From Shigella phage vb_GEC_SH_GT, in the sequence record OR887633: a stretch of 64,000 nt of DNA. One strand, given 5' to 3'. Below are positions 51,573-61,716 of the stretch, in pieces; within the stretch, counting starts at the first letter, position 1; every line of letters begins with the position of its first letter. A model generated the notes under the pieces. It made no database searches, was not told where the DNA came from, and saw only the letters and a program-made list of their open reading frames with translations. The position numbers and the translations under genes were made by a program.

Positions 51573-54269
51573 TCAGCCAAACAGGAAGTCTAACGAAGCT
51601 TTTTCTTCATAGTCCATACCCGCCGATTCACACATACCCGCAAGCGGTTTAACAAACGATTTTTGGAACAAAGTTGAGTAGTCAATCCAAGATAGTACGT
51701 CAGAGCGAATTTCTTTTGGAAGCTCCGTCCCCGATGGCCAAGCAATGCACTTGTCACCAAATGGATTTCCCTCACGTAACGGAAGAACCATTACCTTATT
51801 TCCATCCAAAATTGGAGCTACACCTAAACCGCTAACAGCTCGACGATAAGTTAGTACACCACGAATATGGAACGGGCATTTAAACCCTGGCCAACCTTTA
51901 TCATCATATTTCGCTATATCGTTCGCGGTTTTTACTTCAGCAATAACTTTATAATCAAGTTGACGATATTCTTTCTCAAAGTTCTTATAGTATTCTTGGA
52001 CAGACTCTTCGCCTTCCTGAAGAATACGACGAATACTTTCTTCGAGAGCTTCTTGTACTGCTTTTGGTGTTGAACTCTGCTGAGTTTCCATACCCATGAT
52101 TTTTAGATGTGGTTCAGCAAATCGCTTATCTTCCATATCATAAACGTTCAGAGCATAACGTTTTTTCGCTTTCCAAAATCCACCAACACCCTTTGAACCA
52201 AGCGGAGGACAAGAAATAGCTTCACGGTCCATATGCATCAGATGCTCGCGGTTATTCATATAATCACATAACTCACGATATGCAACATCAATCATAGGTT
52301 CCATCTTTTTCTTACCAAACTGATTCATGAATTCAACTAAATCATTTTGTTCTTTAAAGCGGTCAAGACCTACTTTTTCAATTACTTTATCTACACAAAC
52401 ATATACCGAATCAGTATCACCCGCGGCGATGAAATCTTCACCATCAGTTCCACATACTTTATTCAGATATTCATTAATTTTACGAGCAATCCACTGAATA
52501 CCAACTTGACCGAAAATTGTGATAGCAGTAGCATTTCGCAAATCATAGTAACGGAAATGAATATTACCAAGAGCACCATAAAGACTGTTGATAAGAATTT
52601 TACGGTTTAGCTGATTTGTGTTAGCAAGTGTAGCTGCTTTTTCACATTCTTCGATCAGACTATTAAGAACAGATTCAGTGTAATTCGATAATTCATTTAA
52701 GAAATCATCATTGAACTTAACATATCGTTCAACTTCTGGTTTAGTTGAACAAGACCCTGCGCCTTTCATAATAATCTTTTTAATAGCTTCGGCATTCATT
52801 TCTTCGGCGAACATTTTCTTTTTCCAATCTTTACGCTGGAAAAATACTTTAGCGATTTCCTTTGGAATGATACCTTCTTGGTGCTTATCATACATCCATC
52901 CATTCGGAGAACAAGAATATTCATCACTTGGTTTAGGAGCTGTTCCTGCGATGTATTCATGAATTGGATGAACTTTGAACTGTCCGCGAATAGTCTCAGG
53001 ACTAATGTTAACCTGACGAATAATGCTAGGATACAGAGACGTCAGGTCAAAACTCATAATGTATCGACGGGCAATCGCTTTAGGTTCAAACACAAATGCA
53101 CCTGGAAAACTTTGTTTAACGTGCGAACCTTGTTGAGGAATAACCTTATGTTCACCTTTCAGTGAGTTAAAAATAATAGCGTCCCAAGTTTTAATAGGAC
53201 TCATTACACCAGAAAAAGGCATTTTAGCGTAATAAGACATACTTAAAACTAGATCAATAAACCCACGAATTTTATCAATTGCTTGAACTGATTCTACGTC
53301 AATGATGTTATAACTAATGTATCGTTGATGATTATTCTCACGAAGTTTATTAATAGGACCATCGTACGGCAATTTACCTTTTTTGGTTTCGTGCTGAGCA
53401 ACTGATTCCAAAGAGAACGATGGCAAATTAGTAAATGCGAATTTCTTGTACAAATCTAAATAATCAAGAATAGATACGCCATCAATAGAATAAATTTCTT
53501 TGCTACCGTACATATTTTGAATTAGTTTAGATTTTACTCGACCGATTGGAGAGAAGCGTTTCATACTACGTTCGCCGAGAACCATTTTAATACGATTCAT
53601 GATATACGGAACGTCAAATCCCTCAATATTCCAACCGGTAAAAATAGCAGGTCGTTTCTGTTCCCAGAGATTAATATATTCCATGAGCATATCACGCTCA
53701 TTATCGAATGGCATATAAATTACTCGGTCAAGAATTTCTTGAGGAACTTCATCACCACCTTCACAGTCAAGTTTAGCAGCTAACTTTGCATCCCATTTTG
53801 ATACTGAACCGTACATTGAATTCAACAAATCAAAGACGTAAAAACGGTCGTCAATTGAATCATAATGAGTGATAGCATCAATTTCATATTCTGCTTTCAT
53901 TGGGTCAGGAAATTTATCACCAGTAACCTCAATGTCGCAGTTAGCTACACGAACAAATTTTCGGTCATAAACAATTTCTGAACCATATGTATCACTGATA
54001 TAAGCGAGTTTAAAATCGTTCATACCGAGAGCTTCGAGACCGATGTCTTCCATTCGTTTCATCCAATCTCGTGCATCTTTCATTGATGGAAATTTTTGAG
54101 GAGCACAGTTTTTACCATAAATGTCTTTGTATTTTGACTCTTCCTTACAGTGCCTAAACATAGTCGGAAGATATTCTACTTCACGAGTACGTTCCTTTCC
54201 GTTTTCATCAATATAACGCTCAACAATATTATTTCCGACTGTTTCGATAGAGATATAAAATTCTTTCAT
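51573..54269 (-). CDS. 43: DNA polymerase gp43 (family B)
   Basis: 898 aa; exonuclease and polymerase motifs (DIE, YGDTDS). Confidence 0.95.
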   Translation of the reverse strand: MKEFYISIETVGNNIVERYIDENGKERTREVEYLPTMFRHCKEESKYKDIYGKNCAPQKFPSMKDARDWMKRMEDIGLEALGMNDFKLAYISDTYGSEIVYDRKFVRVANCDIEVTGDKFPDPMKAEYEIDAITHYDSIDDRFYVFDLLNSMYGSVSKWDAKLAAKLDCEGGDEVPQEILDRVIYMPFDNERDMLMEYINLWEQKRPAIFTGWNIEGFDVPYIMNRIKMVLGERSMKRFSPIGRVKSKLIQNMYGSKEIYSIDGVSILDYLDLYKKFAFTNLPSFSLESVAQHETKKGKLPYDGPINKLRENNHQRYISYNIIDVESVQAIDKIRGFIDLVLSMSYYAKMPFSGVMSPIKTWDAIIFNSLKGEHKVIPQQGSHVKQSFPGAFVFEPKAIARRYIMSFDLTSLYPSIIRQVNISPETIRGQFKVHPIHEYIAGTAPKPSDEYSCSPNGWMYDKHQEGIIPKEIAKVFFQRKDWKKKMFAEEMNAEAIKKIIMKGAGSCSTKPEVERYVKFNDDFLNELSNYTESVLNSLIEECEKAATLANTNQLNRKILINSLYGALGNIHFRYYDLRNATAITIFGQVGIQWIARKINEYLNKVCGTDGEDFIAAGDTDSVYVCVDKVIEKVGLDRFKEQNDLVEFMNQFGKKKMEPMIDVAYRELCDYMNNREHLMHMDREAISCPPLGSKGVGGFWKAKKRYALNVYDMEDKRFAEPHLKIMGMETQQSSTPKAVQEALEESIRRILQEGEESVQEYYKNFEKEYRQLDYKVIAEVKTANDIAKYDDKGWPGFKCPFHIRGVLTYRRAVSGLGVAPILDGNKVMVLPLREGNPFGDKCIAWPSGTELPKEIRSDVLSWIDYSTLFQKSFVKPLAGMCESAGMDYEEKASLDFLFG

Positions 54270-54306
54270 AGATATTCCTTAGTTTATAGCCCGAGTTATT
54301 AGGCTC
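54270..54306 (-). promoter_or_regulatory. gene 43 leader hairpin adjacent to SD (candidate translational operator)
   Basis: minus-strand AGCC-UAAUAACUCG-GGCU hairpin then AAGGAA SD and AUG; function inferred from T4 gp43 autoregulation. Confidence 0.45.
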
Positions 54307-54327
54307 TTGATATATTATACTCCAAAT

Positions 54328-54345
54328 AAGGGGCCGAAGCCCCTT
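54328..54345 (-). other. C(UUCG)G RNA hairpin between regA and 43
   Basis: AAGGGGC-UUCG-GCCCCUU. Confidence 0.5.
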
Positions 54346-54347
54346 GC

Positions 54348-54716
54348 TTAATTGCCAATCGTATATTTAGGAACGAGTTTCCATTCATGTTTTTGTTTAA
54401 AAGAAATAACTCGGAAGTTATTGGTTAAATCTTTCATAAAAGTTCTTTGACCAGGAACGATTTCAATCAGTCCCCAATCTTCTAACAGCCATGCAATCGA
54501 ATCACGACGAACTTCATCTTCTTCTGTCATTTCAACCTGGCGACCATCCATACGAAGCATTTCTTTAAAATGAACGATATAGTATAGTCCTTTTTTCTGA
54601 AGAATATGACAGGACTGATACAGAACTTTATCTTTATTATTAGCAATTCCCATACGAGTCAAAGTTTCTTTTACTTTCAGAAAATCTTCAGGTTTTTTAA
54701 GAGTAATTTCAATCAT
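54348..54716 (-). CDS. regA: translational repressor RegA
   Basis: 122-aa ORF; sequence and position. Confidence 0.85.
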   Translation of the reverse strand: MIEITLKKPEDFLKVKETLTRMGIANNKDKVLYQSCHILQKKGLYYIVHFKEMLRMDGRQVEMTEEDEVRRDSIAWLLEDWGLIEIVPGQRTFMKDLTNNFRVISFKQKHEWKLVPKYTIGN

Positions 54717-54717
54717 T

Positions 54718-55281
54718 TTACCATTCCAATGCTAGTTTTTTGAGTTGTTTCTGTTCTTTTACATTCTTAGTCACTTCTTTCAAAAAATCATCCGTGACTA
54801 AACCTTTTAGTTCTTTTAATACTAAAGGAAGTTTTCCATTTTTAGTAAGAATTGATTTATAGTTAATTGCATCATTTGTATTAACTTGATACCGCTTAGC
54901 AAGTAACTTAATAATCAATACTTCGGTAGAATCTTCGACCAGTTTTGCCCATTTACCATATCTTTTACCCCGAGGAACAGCAGCCATCAGATAATTAAAA
55001 TGGGCTTCATCGCTTAAACCTGATCCAATTAAATTCATAGCATATACAGCTGGCATGCACTCCGGAAATTGTGATAATGCATTCTCAACCATGTATTTTG
55101 AATAATCTTTTTGAGCAATAGAGCATTTAGTTTTATTATTGATAGCTCCAATTATTTCAAAAAATTCATTTTCAGCTTTTTCTTTAAAAGAATCAGCAGC
55201 GGATTGGACCGCTGTCCAATCTTTTGAATACCAAGCAACTTGATGCTCGTTTAATTGAATATCATCTTCAAATAAGCTCAT
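54718..55281 (-). CDS. 62: clamp loader small subunit gp62
   Basis: 187-aa ORF; synteny. Confidence 0.8.
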   Translation of the reverse strand: MSLFEDDIQLNEHQVAWYSKDWTAVQSAADSFKEKAENEFFEIIGAINNKTKCSIAQKDYSKYMVENALSQFPECMPAVYAMNLIGSGLSDEAHFNYLMAAVPRGKRYGKWAKLVEDSTEVLIIKLLAKRYQVNTNDAINYKSILTKNGKLPLVLKELKGLVTDDFLKEVTKNVKEQKQLKKLALEW

Positions 55282-55282
55282 A

Positions 55283-56242
55283 TCACTTCCACTGCATTTC
55301 GCATGCTAATTGAATGAAAAGATATGCTAAATGTAATTCCGTATTAGCCGCAATTCCATGATACTGGTTATTTTCACCAACAATTTCATACATACGAATA
55401 ATACTTTGTGGAGTTACGCGTGTATAGATTTCTTCGGCAAGTTTACCAACGAACCACGAATAATCAGCCGCATATTTTGGTGCTAAAGCTCTGAGTTGTT
55501 TAACATCTTTATTTTTGAGAGACTCAAGAACATCATCAATAGCACCACGATCGTTAGTAACCAGTGATAAAATACCAGCATCCAAAACACCTTTAGACGA
55601 ATAACTATCGAGCTCGCCAATAGTTTTACGAAAATCAGGAAAATTCTTTTTAACCAAAGCTGCTACAACTTTCATATCAGCTATAGCAATTCCTTCATGC
55701 TTACAGATTTCAGTCAATCGACGAATCATCTGCTTCATCATTTCAATTTTATCTTCATCGGTTGGTTGACCGAATGTAATAACTCGACAGCGTGACTGAA
55801 GCGGTTTAATAATACCATCAATATTGTTAGCAGTAATAATAATACTACAGTTTGAACTATAAGCTTCCATAAAGGAACGAAGATGTCGCTGAGACTCTGC
55901 TAACCCTGAACGGTCAAATTCATCAATAACGATTACTTTTTGACGACCATCAAATGAAGCTGCACTAGCAAAATTAGTCAAAGGACCACGAACGAAATCG
56001 ATTTTACAATCTGACCCATTTACAAACATCATATCAGCATTTACATCATGACACAATGCTTTTGCTACAGTTGTTTTACCTGTTCCCGGAGAAGGAGAAT
56101 GAAGAATAATATGTGGAATTTTACCTTTACTTGTAATAGATTTAAAGGTTTCTTTATCAAAGGCGGGAAGAATACATTCATCGATAGTAGATGGACGATA
56201 TTTCTGTTCAAGAATGTGTTCTTTTTCATTTACAGTAATCAT
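55283..56242 (-). CDS. 44: clamp loader ATPase gp44 (AAA+)
   Basis: 319 aa from ATG at 56242; Walker [11 protein letters not shown]. Confidence 0.9.
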   Translation of the reverse strand: MITVNEKEHILEQKYRPSTIDECILPAFDKETFKSITSKGKIPHIILHSPSPGTGKTTVAKALCHDVNADMMFVNGSDCKIDFVRGPLTNFASAASFDGRQKVIVIDEFDRSGLAESQRHLRSFMEAYSSNCSIIITANNIDGIIKPLQSRCRVITFGQPTDEDKIEMMKQMIRRLTEICKHEGIAIADMKVVAALVKKNFPDFRKTIGELDSYSSKGVLDAGILSLVTNDRGAIDDVLESLKNKDVKQLRALAPKYAADYSWFVGKLAEEIYTRVTPQSIIRMYEIVGENNQYHGIAANTELHLAYLFIQLACEMQWK

Positions 56243-56274
56243 AATTTCCTCATTCAAGTTTTAGTGTAAATTAT

Positions 56275-56292
56275 AAAGGGCCGAAGCCCTTT
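56275..56292 (-). other. C(UUCG)G RNA hairpin between 45 and 44
   Basis: AAAGGGC-UUCG-GCCCUUU. Confidence 0.5.
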
Positions 56293-56293
56293 A

Positions 56294-56980
56294 TTAAAAA
56301 TCGTGGGTAGAATCAGCTTCAAGAGCTACTACATAATTCGCGTGTTCACCTTCAAATTTAGCAGCACCTTGTTTACCTTTTGCCCAGAGCAGAAGTTTAT
56401 AATTTCCTGGTTGCATTTTCATATTTGCCATATTGATAATGAAATTAAATGTATTTTCACCATCATAATCACCAAGAGTCAAAGAATATTTAACACGAGT
56501 CAAAGCAGAATCTTCTACTTTATTAAAACCGTTAATTACGATTTTACCTTCTTTTACTGTGATAGCAATTGTATCAATCTGCAGACCACGAGATACACGC
56601 AACAGCTGTTGAAGGTCTTCAGCTTTAATTTCAGTAACAACAGATGCTACCGGGAATGGAATTGGTTTATTAGGAGCAACTACTGTACTCGGATCGGCTG
56701 CTGGCCAAAAAATTGTTGAACGGGCATCAGCAATTTTAATATTACCATCTTCTGACTGGGAAATTTCTGCATCATCATTAACGAGAGACAGAATACCAAG
56801 AAAACCGTTCAAATCGTAAATCGCTACATCAAAATCAATAGTGTCAGAAATATTTGCTTCTGCATAAGTTGTACCATTAACCGCGCGAGTCATAATAAAT
56901 TGACCGGATTTAAGCATAATACCAGAGTTAATAGTAGCGAAATTTTTGAGCAGAGCAGTAGTATCTTTAGACAGTTTCAT
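56294..56980 (-). CDS. 45: sliding clamp gp45
   Basis: 228-aa ORF; synteny. Confidence 0.85.
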   Translation of the reverse strand: MKLSKDTTALLKNFATINSGIMLKSGQFIMTRAVNGTTYAEANISDTIDFDVAIYDLNGFLGILSLVNDDAEISQSEDGNIKIADARSTIFWPAADPSTVVAPNKPIPFPVASVVTEIKAEDLQQLLRVSRGLQIDTIAITVKEGKIVINGFNKVEDSALTRVKYSLTLGDYDGENTFNFIINMANMKMQPGNYKLLLWAKGKQGAAKFEGEHANYVVALEADSTHDF

Positions 56981-57009
56981 GTAATTTCCTTCAATTCAAA
57001 TGAGATTTA

Positions 57010-57036
57010 ATTTTATAACTAATTTAATAAAGCAAT
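57010..57036 (-). promoter_or_regulatory. candidate MotA-dependent middle promoter for gene 45
   Basis: minus-strand ATTGCTTTA (MotA box) about 12 bp upstream of TATAAAAT. Confidence 0.4.
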
Positions 57037-57425
57037 TAACGATTAAAATCAGCAGCAATTGTTTCCGCAACAATTTGAGCAGCAACAATTAGACGTTCAT
57101 CTGCATTACCGCAATAATCATCTTCAAGGCGTTCACCGCATGAAGTCATAATAAATTTAGCACCAGCATTTAGAGATTCTGCCGTATGTTTGCGCATCAG
57201 TTCGATCCATTTATCACTCACTTCACGATCGATAGCTTCATAATACGCATGACGAGCAGGTGCAGATTTAATTTTGCTTTGAATAACTTCCATTGCGTTA
57301 TTAGAAAGAGACAAAACCCATGCTCGACGAATTTTATTTTGGTTTTGTGGATTTGAATCAGAACGCACGTGTTTTGGCTGAATATCTTTTACGTCAACAG
57401 TATAATTCACAGTAATTTTAGTCAT
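57036..57425 (-). CDS. rpbA: RNA polymerase-binding protein RpbA
   Basis: 129-aa ORF; position. Confidence 0.7.
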   Translation of the reverse strand: MTKITVNYTVDVKDIQPKHVRSDSNPQNQNKIRRAWVLSLSNNAMEVIQSKIKSAPARHAYYEAIDREVSDKWIELMRKHTAESLNAGAKFIMTSCGERLEDDYCGNADERLIVAAQIVAETIAADFNR

Positions 57426-57434
57426 AATACACCT

Positions 57435-57626
57435 TTAGTCATAGTAATCAGTAACAGTCCAAGCTTCATTTCTGTTGGACATTATTTTCGTATATTCTGC
57501 TTTAAATGCATTCTTAAGCATAGATTCAGTAACTATATGCTCTTCATTAGAAAAATTATTTCTCAGAATATATCGTTTTATTTCAGGAATAGTTAATAGA
57601 TGCTGTCCAGTTGAATATTCTGCCAC
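57435..57626 (-). CDS. hypothetical protein (45.2 position)
   Basis: 63-aa ORF, GTG start with GGAGG SD. Confidence 0.4.
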   Translation of the reverse strand: MAEYSTGQHLLTIPEIKRYILRNNFSNEEHIVTESMLKNAFKAEYTKIMSNRNEAWTVTDYYD

Positions 57627-57636
57627 AGTTCCTCCG

Positions 57637-57644
57637 TATAAATA
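57637..57644 (+). promoter_or_regulatory. late promoter TATAAATA for plus-strand HNH ORF
   Basis: exact TATAAATA 34 nt upstream of ATG at 57678. Confidence 0.55.
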
Positions 57645-57677
57645 TATTTATCACTCGCTGTATCAAAAGGATATGTT

Positions 57678-58394
57678 ATGAATTATAAACTAATTTATGA
57701 AAAGTTAATCTCTAATGCTAAATCTCGAAAACTTGATTGCTATACTGAATCTCATCACATTATACCACGCTGTTTAAATGGCAGCGATGATGCTTCAAAC
57801 TTAGTAGATTTAACACCAGAAGAGCACTATGTAGCTCATCAACTTTTAGTAAAAATTTATCCTTCTGAACCAAAATTAGTCTATGCTGCTAACATGATGA
57901 CAGTTTCCACGAAATACGCTAAACGCAACAATAAAACTTTCGGTTGGATTCGTCGTAAACTCTGGGAAATAGAAAAGAATAAAGAATTCTCCCAGGAGAC
58001 ACGAAAGAAAATGTCTAATGCAGTAGCTAATAAAGCAAGACTAACTTGTCCTCATTGCGGTAAATCTGGATTAAGCGGGAATATGAATCGATGGCATTTT
58101 GATAACTGCCCTAATCACCCTAATCCTAAAGTTAGACCACCGATGTCTAAAGAACACAGAAATAATATCTCAAACGGACTTAAAGCAATCGTTCTTGAAG
58201 AAACATCCTGCGAATTCTGCGGAATGATAGGCAAGAAATGCGTTATCGCAGCGCATAGAAATTTCTGCAAGAAAAATCCAAATGGACGCAAGAAAACTGA
58301 AAAGACTGGTACTTGCGTCCATTGTGGTAAAGTTACCACTTTCGGAAATTTATCAAGGTGGCATAATGATAACTGTAAATATAAACCTAGCTAA
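57678..58394 (+). mobile_element. HNH homing endonuclease with C-terminal zinc-finger-like repeats
   Basis: 238 aa; HNH motif ESHHIIPRCLNGSDDASNLVDLTPEEHYVAH; three CxxCG...WHxDNC units; opposite strand to flanking genes. Confidence 0.7.
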
Positions 58395-60075
58395 TCTTAG
58401 CTAAACTAAATCTACCAACTTTTTCCATCTGAATATGCTGACCATATTCTTGTGGGTCATGGTCTTTATGCGAAATTATGAAGAAGTTGGTATCCTTCAA
58501 ACCATCTAAAATTTTAGCTACATTTTTAATACCTTCAGCATCAAATGCGCCGTCATACACTTCATCAAGAAATAAACAACTTATTTTAACACCTGAAACT
58601 TTTTCAGCAATATCACGCCAAGTAAATAAAAGAGCAATATCAATTCGTGCTTTTTCACCTTGACTAAATGAAGCATAACTAAAATCTTCACGACCACGGG
58701 ATTTAATTGTCTCATTAAATTCTTCATCTAATGTAAACACATAATCCGCTTCCATTATTTTAAGATAATGGTTAATCTGCTTATTAAATAATGGAATGTA
58801 CTTTTTAATAATAGCACCTTTAATACCAGAATCTTTGAGCATATCAGTCAAAATTCCTCTGTGGTATTTTTCCATTACTAAATTAGTTTTTGTCTTAACA
58901 ATTTTATCAAGTTCTTCTTGAAGCAGTGCTATTTCATCGGCATGGTCAATAAACTCAGATGATGCTTTTTCTATAGCCGCTTTAACTTTTTTAGCTTTAT
59001 CTACCGTCGTGATTAAGGATTGCTTTTTATTGCGAATATCATTTGCCAATGACTGTTGGGTTTTAATATTATCTCGGTATTCATCAACAAGAACTTTTAA
59101 ATTATCACGATGTGTTGAAAGCTGTTCAAACGAATGCGTGCATTCAGAAACTTTATCTTTAATTTTAGAAACAACTTTATCACCGGAACTTAATTGTGAC
59201 AAACAGGTTGGACATAATCCACCTTCGTGATACATATTAATGACTTTATTATACGAGTCAATTTTTGATTTAATCAAAACTGCTTCTTGACCGATTTTAT
59301 TAAATGCATCAGTCGGATCTTCATCTAAAACAATATTAACTAATCTTTCATTAGCTTCTTCTATTTCCGATTTTAGCGTTCTAGCTTCCTTTGCCAAATC
59401 ATCATACATATTCTGCAGACGAGTAAGATTGTCACCAGATAATTTTTTCTGACGTTCAACATTATCATTATATATTTTAATTTGTTGGATAATACTATCT
59501 TTTTTAACATCAAGCACTTGGTTTTGTGAATTTAATTCACGTATTAGTGCTTTATTAAGCTTATCCATTTCAGCTAATGTTCCTACTTCGAGCAGGTCTT
59601 CGACAAGCTTTCTTCTTGCAGGAGTGGATAGGCCCATGAAAGGGGTATATCCAGCCGTGCCGAGTACGACGATCTGTTTGAAACTGGCGTATGACATTCC
59701 GATAAGCTGTTCAAATTCTGCTTGGAAATCTTTACTGCTGGCAGATTCATTAAGACGTGTACCGTTAACGGTGATTTCGAAAACATTTGGTTTTTGTCCT
59801 CTTTTGATATAGTACTTTTTCTCATCATATTCCATCCACAGTTCAACTAAAAGCTCTTTCTTATTTGTACTGTTTATTAATTGACCTTTCTTTACATCAC
59901 GAAATGGCTTGCCAAAAAGCCCAAATGTGATGGCTTCTAACATAGTAGACTTACCGCCGCCATTTCGCCCAGTAATAAGAGTTTTTTGAACCTTATCTAG
60001 TTGAATGTCAATAGGATTTCCACCTACTGACATTATATTTTGATACCTAACTCGGTTTAGTTTAAAATTCTTCAC
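58387..60075 (-). CDS. 46: recombination endonuclease subunit gp46 (Rad50/SbcC-like ATPase)
   Basis: 562 aa; Walker A GRNGGGKST; central coiled coil with CPTC zinc hook; GTG start with AAGGAA SD. Confidence 0.85.
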   Translation of the reverse strand: MKNFKLNRVRYQNIMSVGGNPIDIQLDKVQKTLITGRNGGGKSTMLEAITFGLFGKPFRDVKKGQLINSTNKKELLVELWMEYDEKKYYIKRGQKPNVFEITVNGTRLNESASSKDFQAEFEQLIGMSYASFKQIVVLGTAGYTPFMGLSTPARRKLVEDLLEVGTLAEMDKLNKALIRELNSQNQVLDVKKDSIIQQIKIYNDNVERQKKLSGDNLTRLQNMYDDLAKEARTLKSEIEEANERLVNIVLDEDPTDAFNKIGQEAVLIKSKIDSYNKVINMYHEGGLCPTCLSQLSSGDKVVSKIKDKVSECTHSFEQLSTHRDNLKVLVDEYRDNIKTQQSLANDIRNKKQSLITTVDKAKKVKAAIEKASSEFIDHADEIALLQEELDKIVKTKTNLVMEKYHRGILTDMLKDSGIKGAIIKKYIPLFNKQINHYLKIMEADYVFTLDEEFNETIKSRGREDFSYASFSQGEKARIDIALLFTWRDIAEKVSGVKISCLFLDEVYDGAFDAEGIKNVAKILDGLKDTNFFIISHKDHDPQEYGQHIQMEKVGRFSLAKIS

Positions 60076-60335
60076 AAAAGATTCCTTTTAATGTATCTTT
60101 TAGACCATTCTATCATATCATCATAATCTAAAAAGTATTCATCAAATTCAGCCATGCAAACAACGCCTTGTGCTGCTTTTGATGTGATATAAATTATTCC
60201 AACATATCTAGAATCTTCTTCGGTATAATCAATATTTGCTATGAATTCATCGTTAATGTCAAATGTCGAAAACTTCACAATATGCATCCTTAATACAAGA
60301 TACAGCCATATCTTGTAATGATTTAGGTGTGTCAT
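60072..60335 (-). CDS. hypothetical protein (46.1 position)
   Basis: 87-aa ORF. Confidence 0.45.
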   Translation of the reverse strand: MTHLNHYKIWLYLVLRMHIVKFSTFDINDEFIANIDYTEEDSRYVGIIYITSKAAQGVVCMAEFDEYFLDYDDMIEWSKRYIKRNLL

Positions 60336-60522
60336 TATCTAAAATGTTGAAGTTAAAAGATACAGCCCAGTCAGTGCAGACCGTAACCTTTTTAATGCAA
60401 TTATCTTCAACCTCTAACGGTTCAAACCAATATTCAATAATTTCTTTATGCCCAATATCATCTTTTACTTCGCATTCAAAATGCTGACTCATCATAACAT
60501 TTTTAAATTCATCAAAAGTCAT
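60259..60522 (-). CDS. hypothetical protein (46.2 position)
   Basis: 87-aa ORF overlapping neighbour. Confidence 0.4.
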   Translation of the reverse strand: MTFDEFKNVMMSQHFECEVKDDIGHKEIIEYWFEPLEVEDNCIKKVTVCTDWAVSFNFNILDNDTPKSLQDMAVSCIKDAYCEVFDI

Positions 60523-61538
60523 TGTGTTGCCTCTACATATAACTGATTTGCATATTGAATAAGTGCTTCACGATCAGAATCAGTGATGTCTGGAATTGCA
60601 TTAATGTATTCTTCCATCAACGTCTGAAGAGATTGAACTTCAACTTCTTCACTATCATCTGACTCGACAGAGTTATCAATCTTTGACACAACTCGTAATG
60701 AATGCACAACTTTTTCTAGTTCAGATTCGAACTTCGTCAGATTTTTGTCTACTTCAGTTACTATAACACGCACTGACAGATTTGTAAAATCTTTATAGTC
60801 AATTTTTCCCTTAAATGGATATTGAATTCGACGATGCCAGGTAGTGTTGTTTGGAATAAATTCCATTCGTTCTGTTTCTGTATCAAACATCCAGAACCCG
60901 CGAGGGTCATTCTCGTCACCTGCAGTTAATGTCCATGGTGTCCCAATATATTTGACATTAGCAGCCTCAGAGATAGTATGGAAGTGACCAGACCACACTT
61001 CTTTGTAAGTCTTAAGGAAATCAGGTTCAAGACCGTGAGATTTCATTCCTTTATAAAAATAAAATCCATTCAGTTCCCAGTGACCAACACAAAAAGAAGC
61101 AGATGAAGTTTTGATGTGTTCAAGAATTTCACCGGTATTTTCTTCGCACATCCAAGGAATTAAATCAATCAAACATCCGTCAAAATCTACTGTAGTAGGC
61201 TTATCATATACTTTAACATTAGGATATTTAGCCAAAAGCTCAGTAGAAGCATTTGGAGTTAAAGTATTTTTAAAGTGCATATCATGGTTTCCTACAACAG
61301 TATGTAGGGTAATACCAGCATCATCAAGCATTTGAACTATTTCACGGGCGAACTCCATAGTTTTATGCGTGATTGCTTTTCGCACATCAAAAATATCACC
61401 GTATTGAATCCATGTAGTAATTCTGTTTTTCTTAGAATATTCTATCGCTTGCTTAATTCCATCCAGCTGAATAGATTGAACCCACTCATCATCAGCTTTA
61501 ACGCCTAAATGCCAATCACCTAAATTTAAAATTTTCAT
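60519..61538 (-). CDS. 47: recombination endonuclease subunit gp47 (Mre11/SbcD-like)
   Basis: 339 aa; calcineurin-like phosphoesterase motifs (GDWHLG, GNHD). Confidence 0.85.
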   Translation of the reverse strand: MKILNLGDWHLGVKADDEWVQSIQLDGIKQAIEYSKKNRITTWIQYGDIFDVRKAITHKTMEFAREIVQMLDDAGITLHTVVGNHDMHFKNTLTPNASTELLAKYPNVKVYDKPTTVDFDGCLIDLIPWMCEENTGEILEHIKTSSASFCVGHWELNGFYFYKGMKSHGLEPDFLKTYKEVWSGHFHTISEAANVKYIGTPWTLTAGDENDPRGFWMFDTETERMEFIPNNTTWHRRIQYPFKGKIDYKDFTNLSVRVIVTEVDKNLTKFESELEKVVHSLRVVSKIDNSVESDDSEEVEVQSLQTLMEEYINAIPDITDSDREALIQYANQLYVEATQ

Positions 61539-61675
61539 ATATCAAGAACCGTCATTGAAATGCAAAATAAAATTATTGAAATAAATCCATCTGGAGTACT
61601 AAAGAACCCAATCCAACACGCTCTGGTGAACAAATAAAACGCTAGAAAAAGTATCACATATCCAAGAAATATCAT
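61535..61675 (-). CDS. small membrane protein (46 aa)
   Basis: manual ORF; stop overlaps gene 47 start. Confidence 0.3.
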   Translation of the reverse strand: MIFLGYVILFLAFYLFTRACWIGFFSTPDGFISIILFCISMTVLDI

Positions 61676-61698
61676 TATATCAAACTCCGTATAAAGCT

Positions 61699-61716
61699 AA
61701 AGGGCCGAAGCCCTTT
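61699..61716 (-). other. C(UUCG)G RNA hairpin after a-gt
   Basis: AAAGGGC-UUCG-GCCCUUU. Confidence 0.5.

Noticed and set aside
59583-59846. Two overlapping ORFs (plus and minus) inside gene 46
   Set aside because: Artefacts of the local GC-rich patch; gene 46 frame is continuous and motif-supported.
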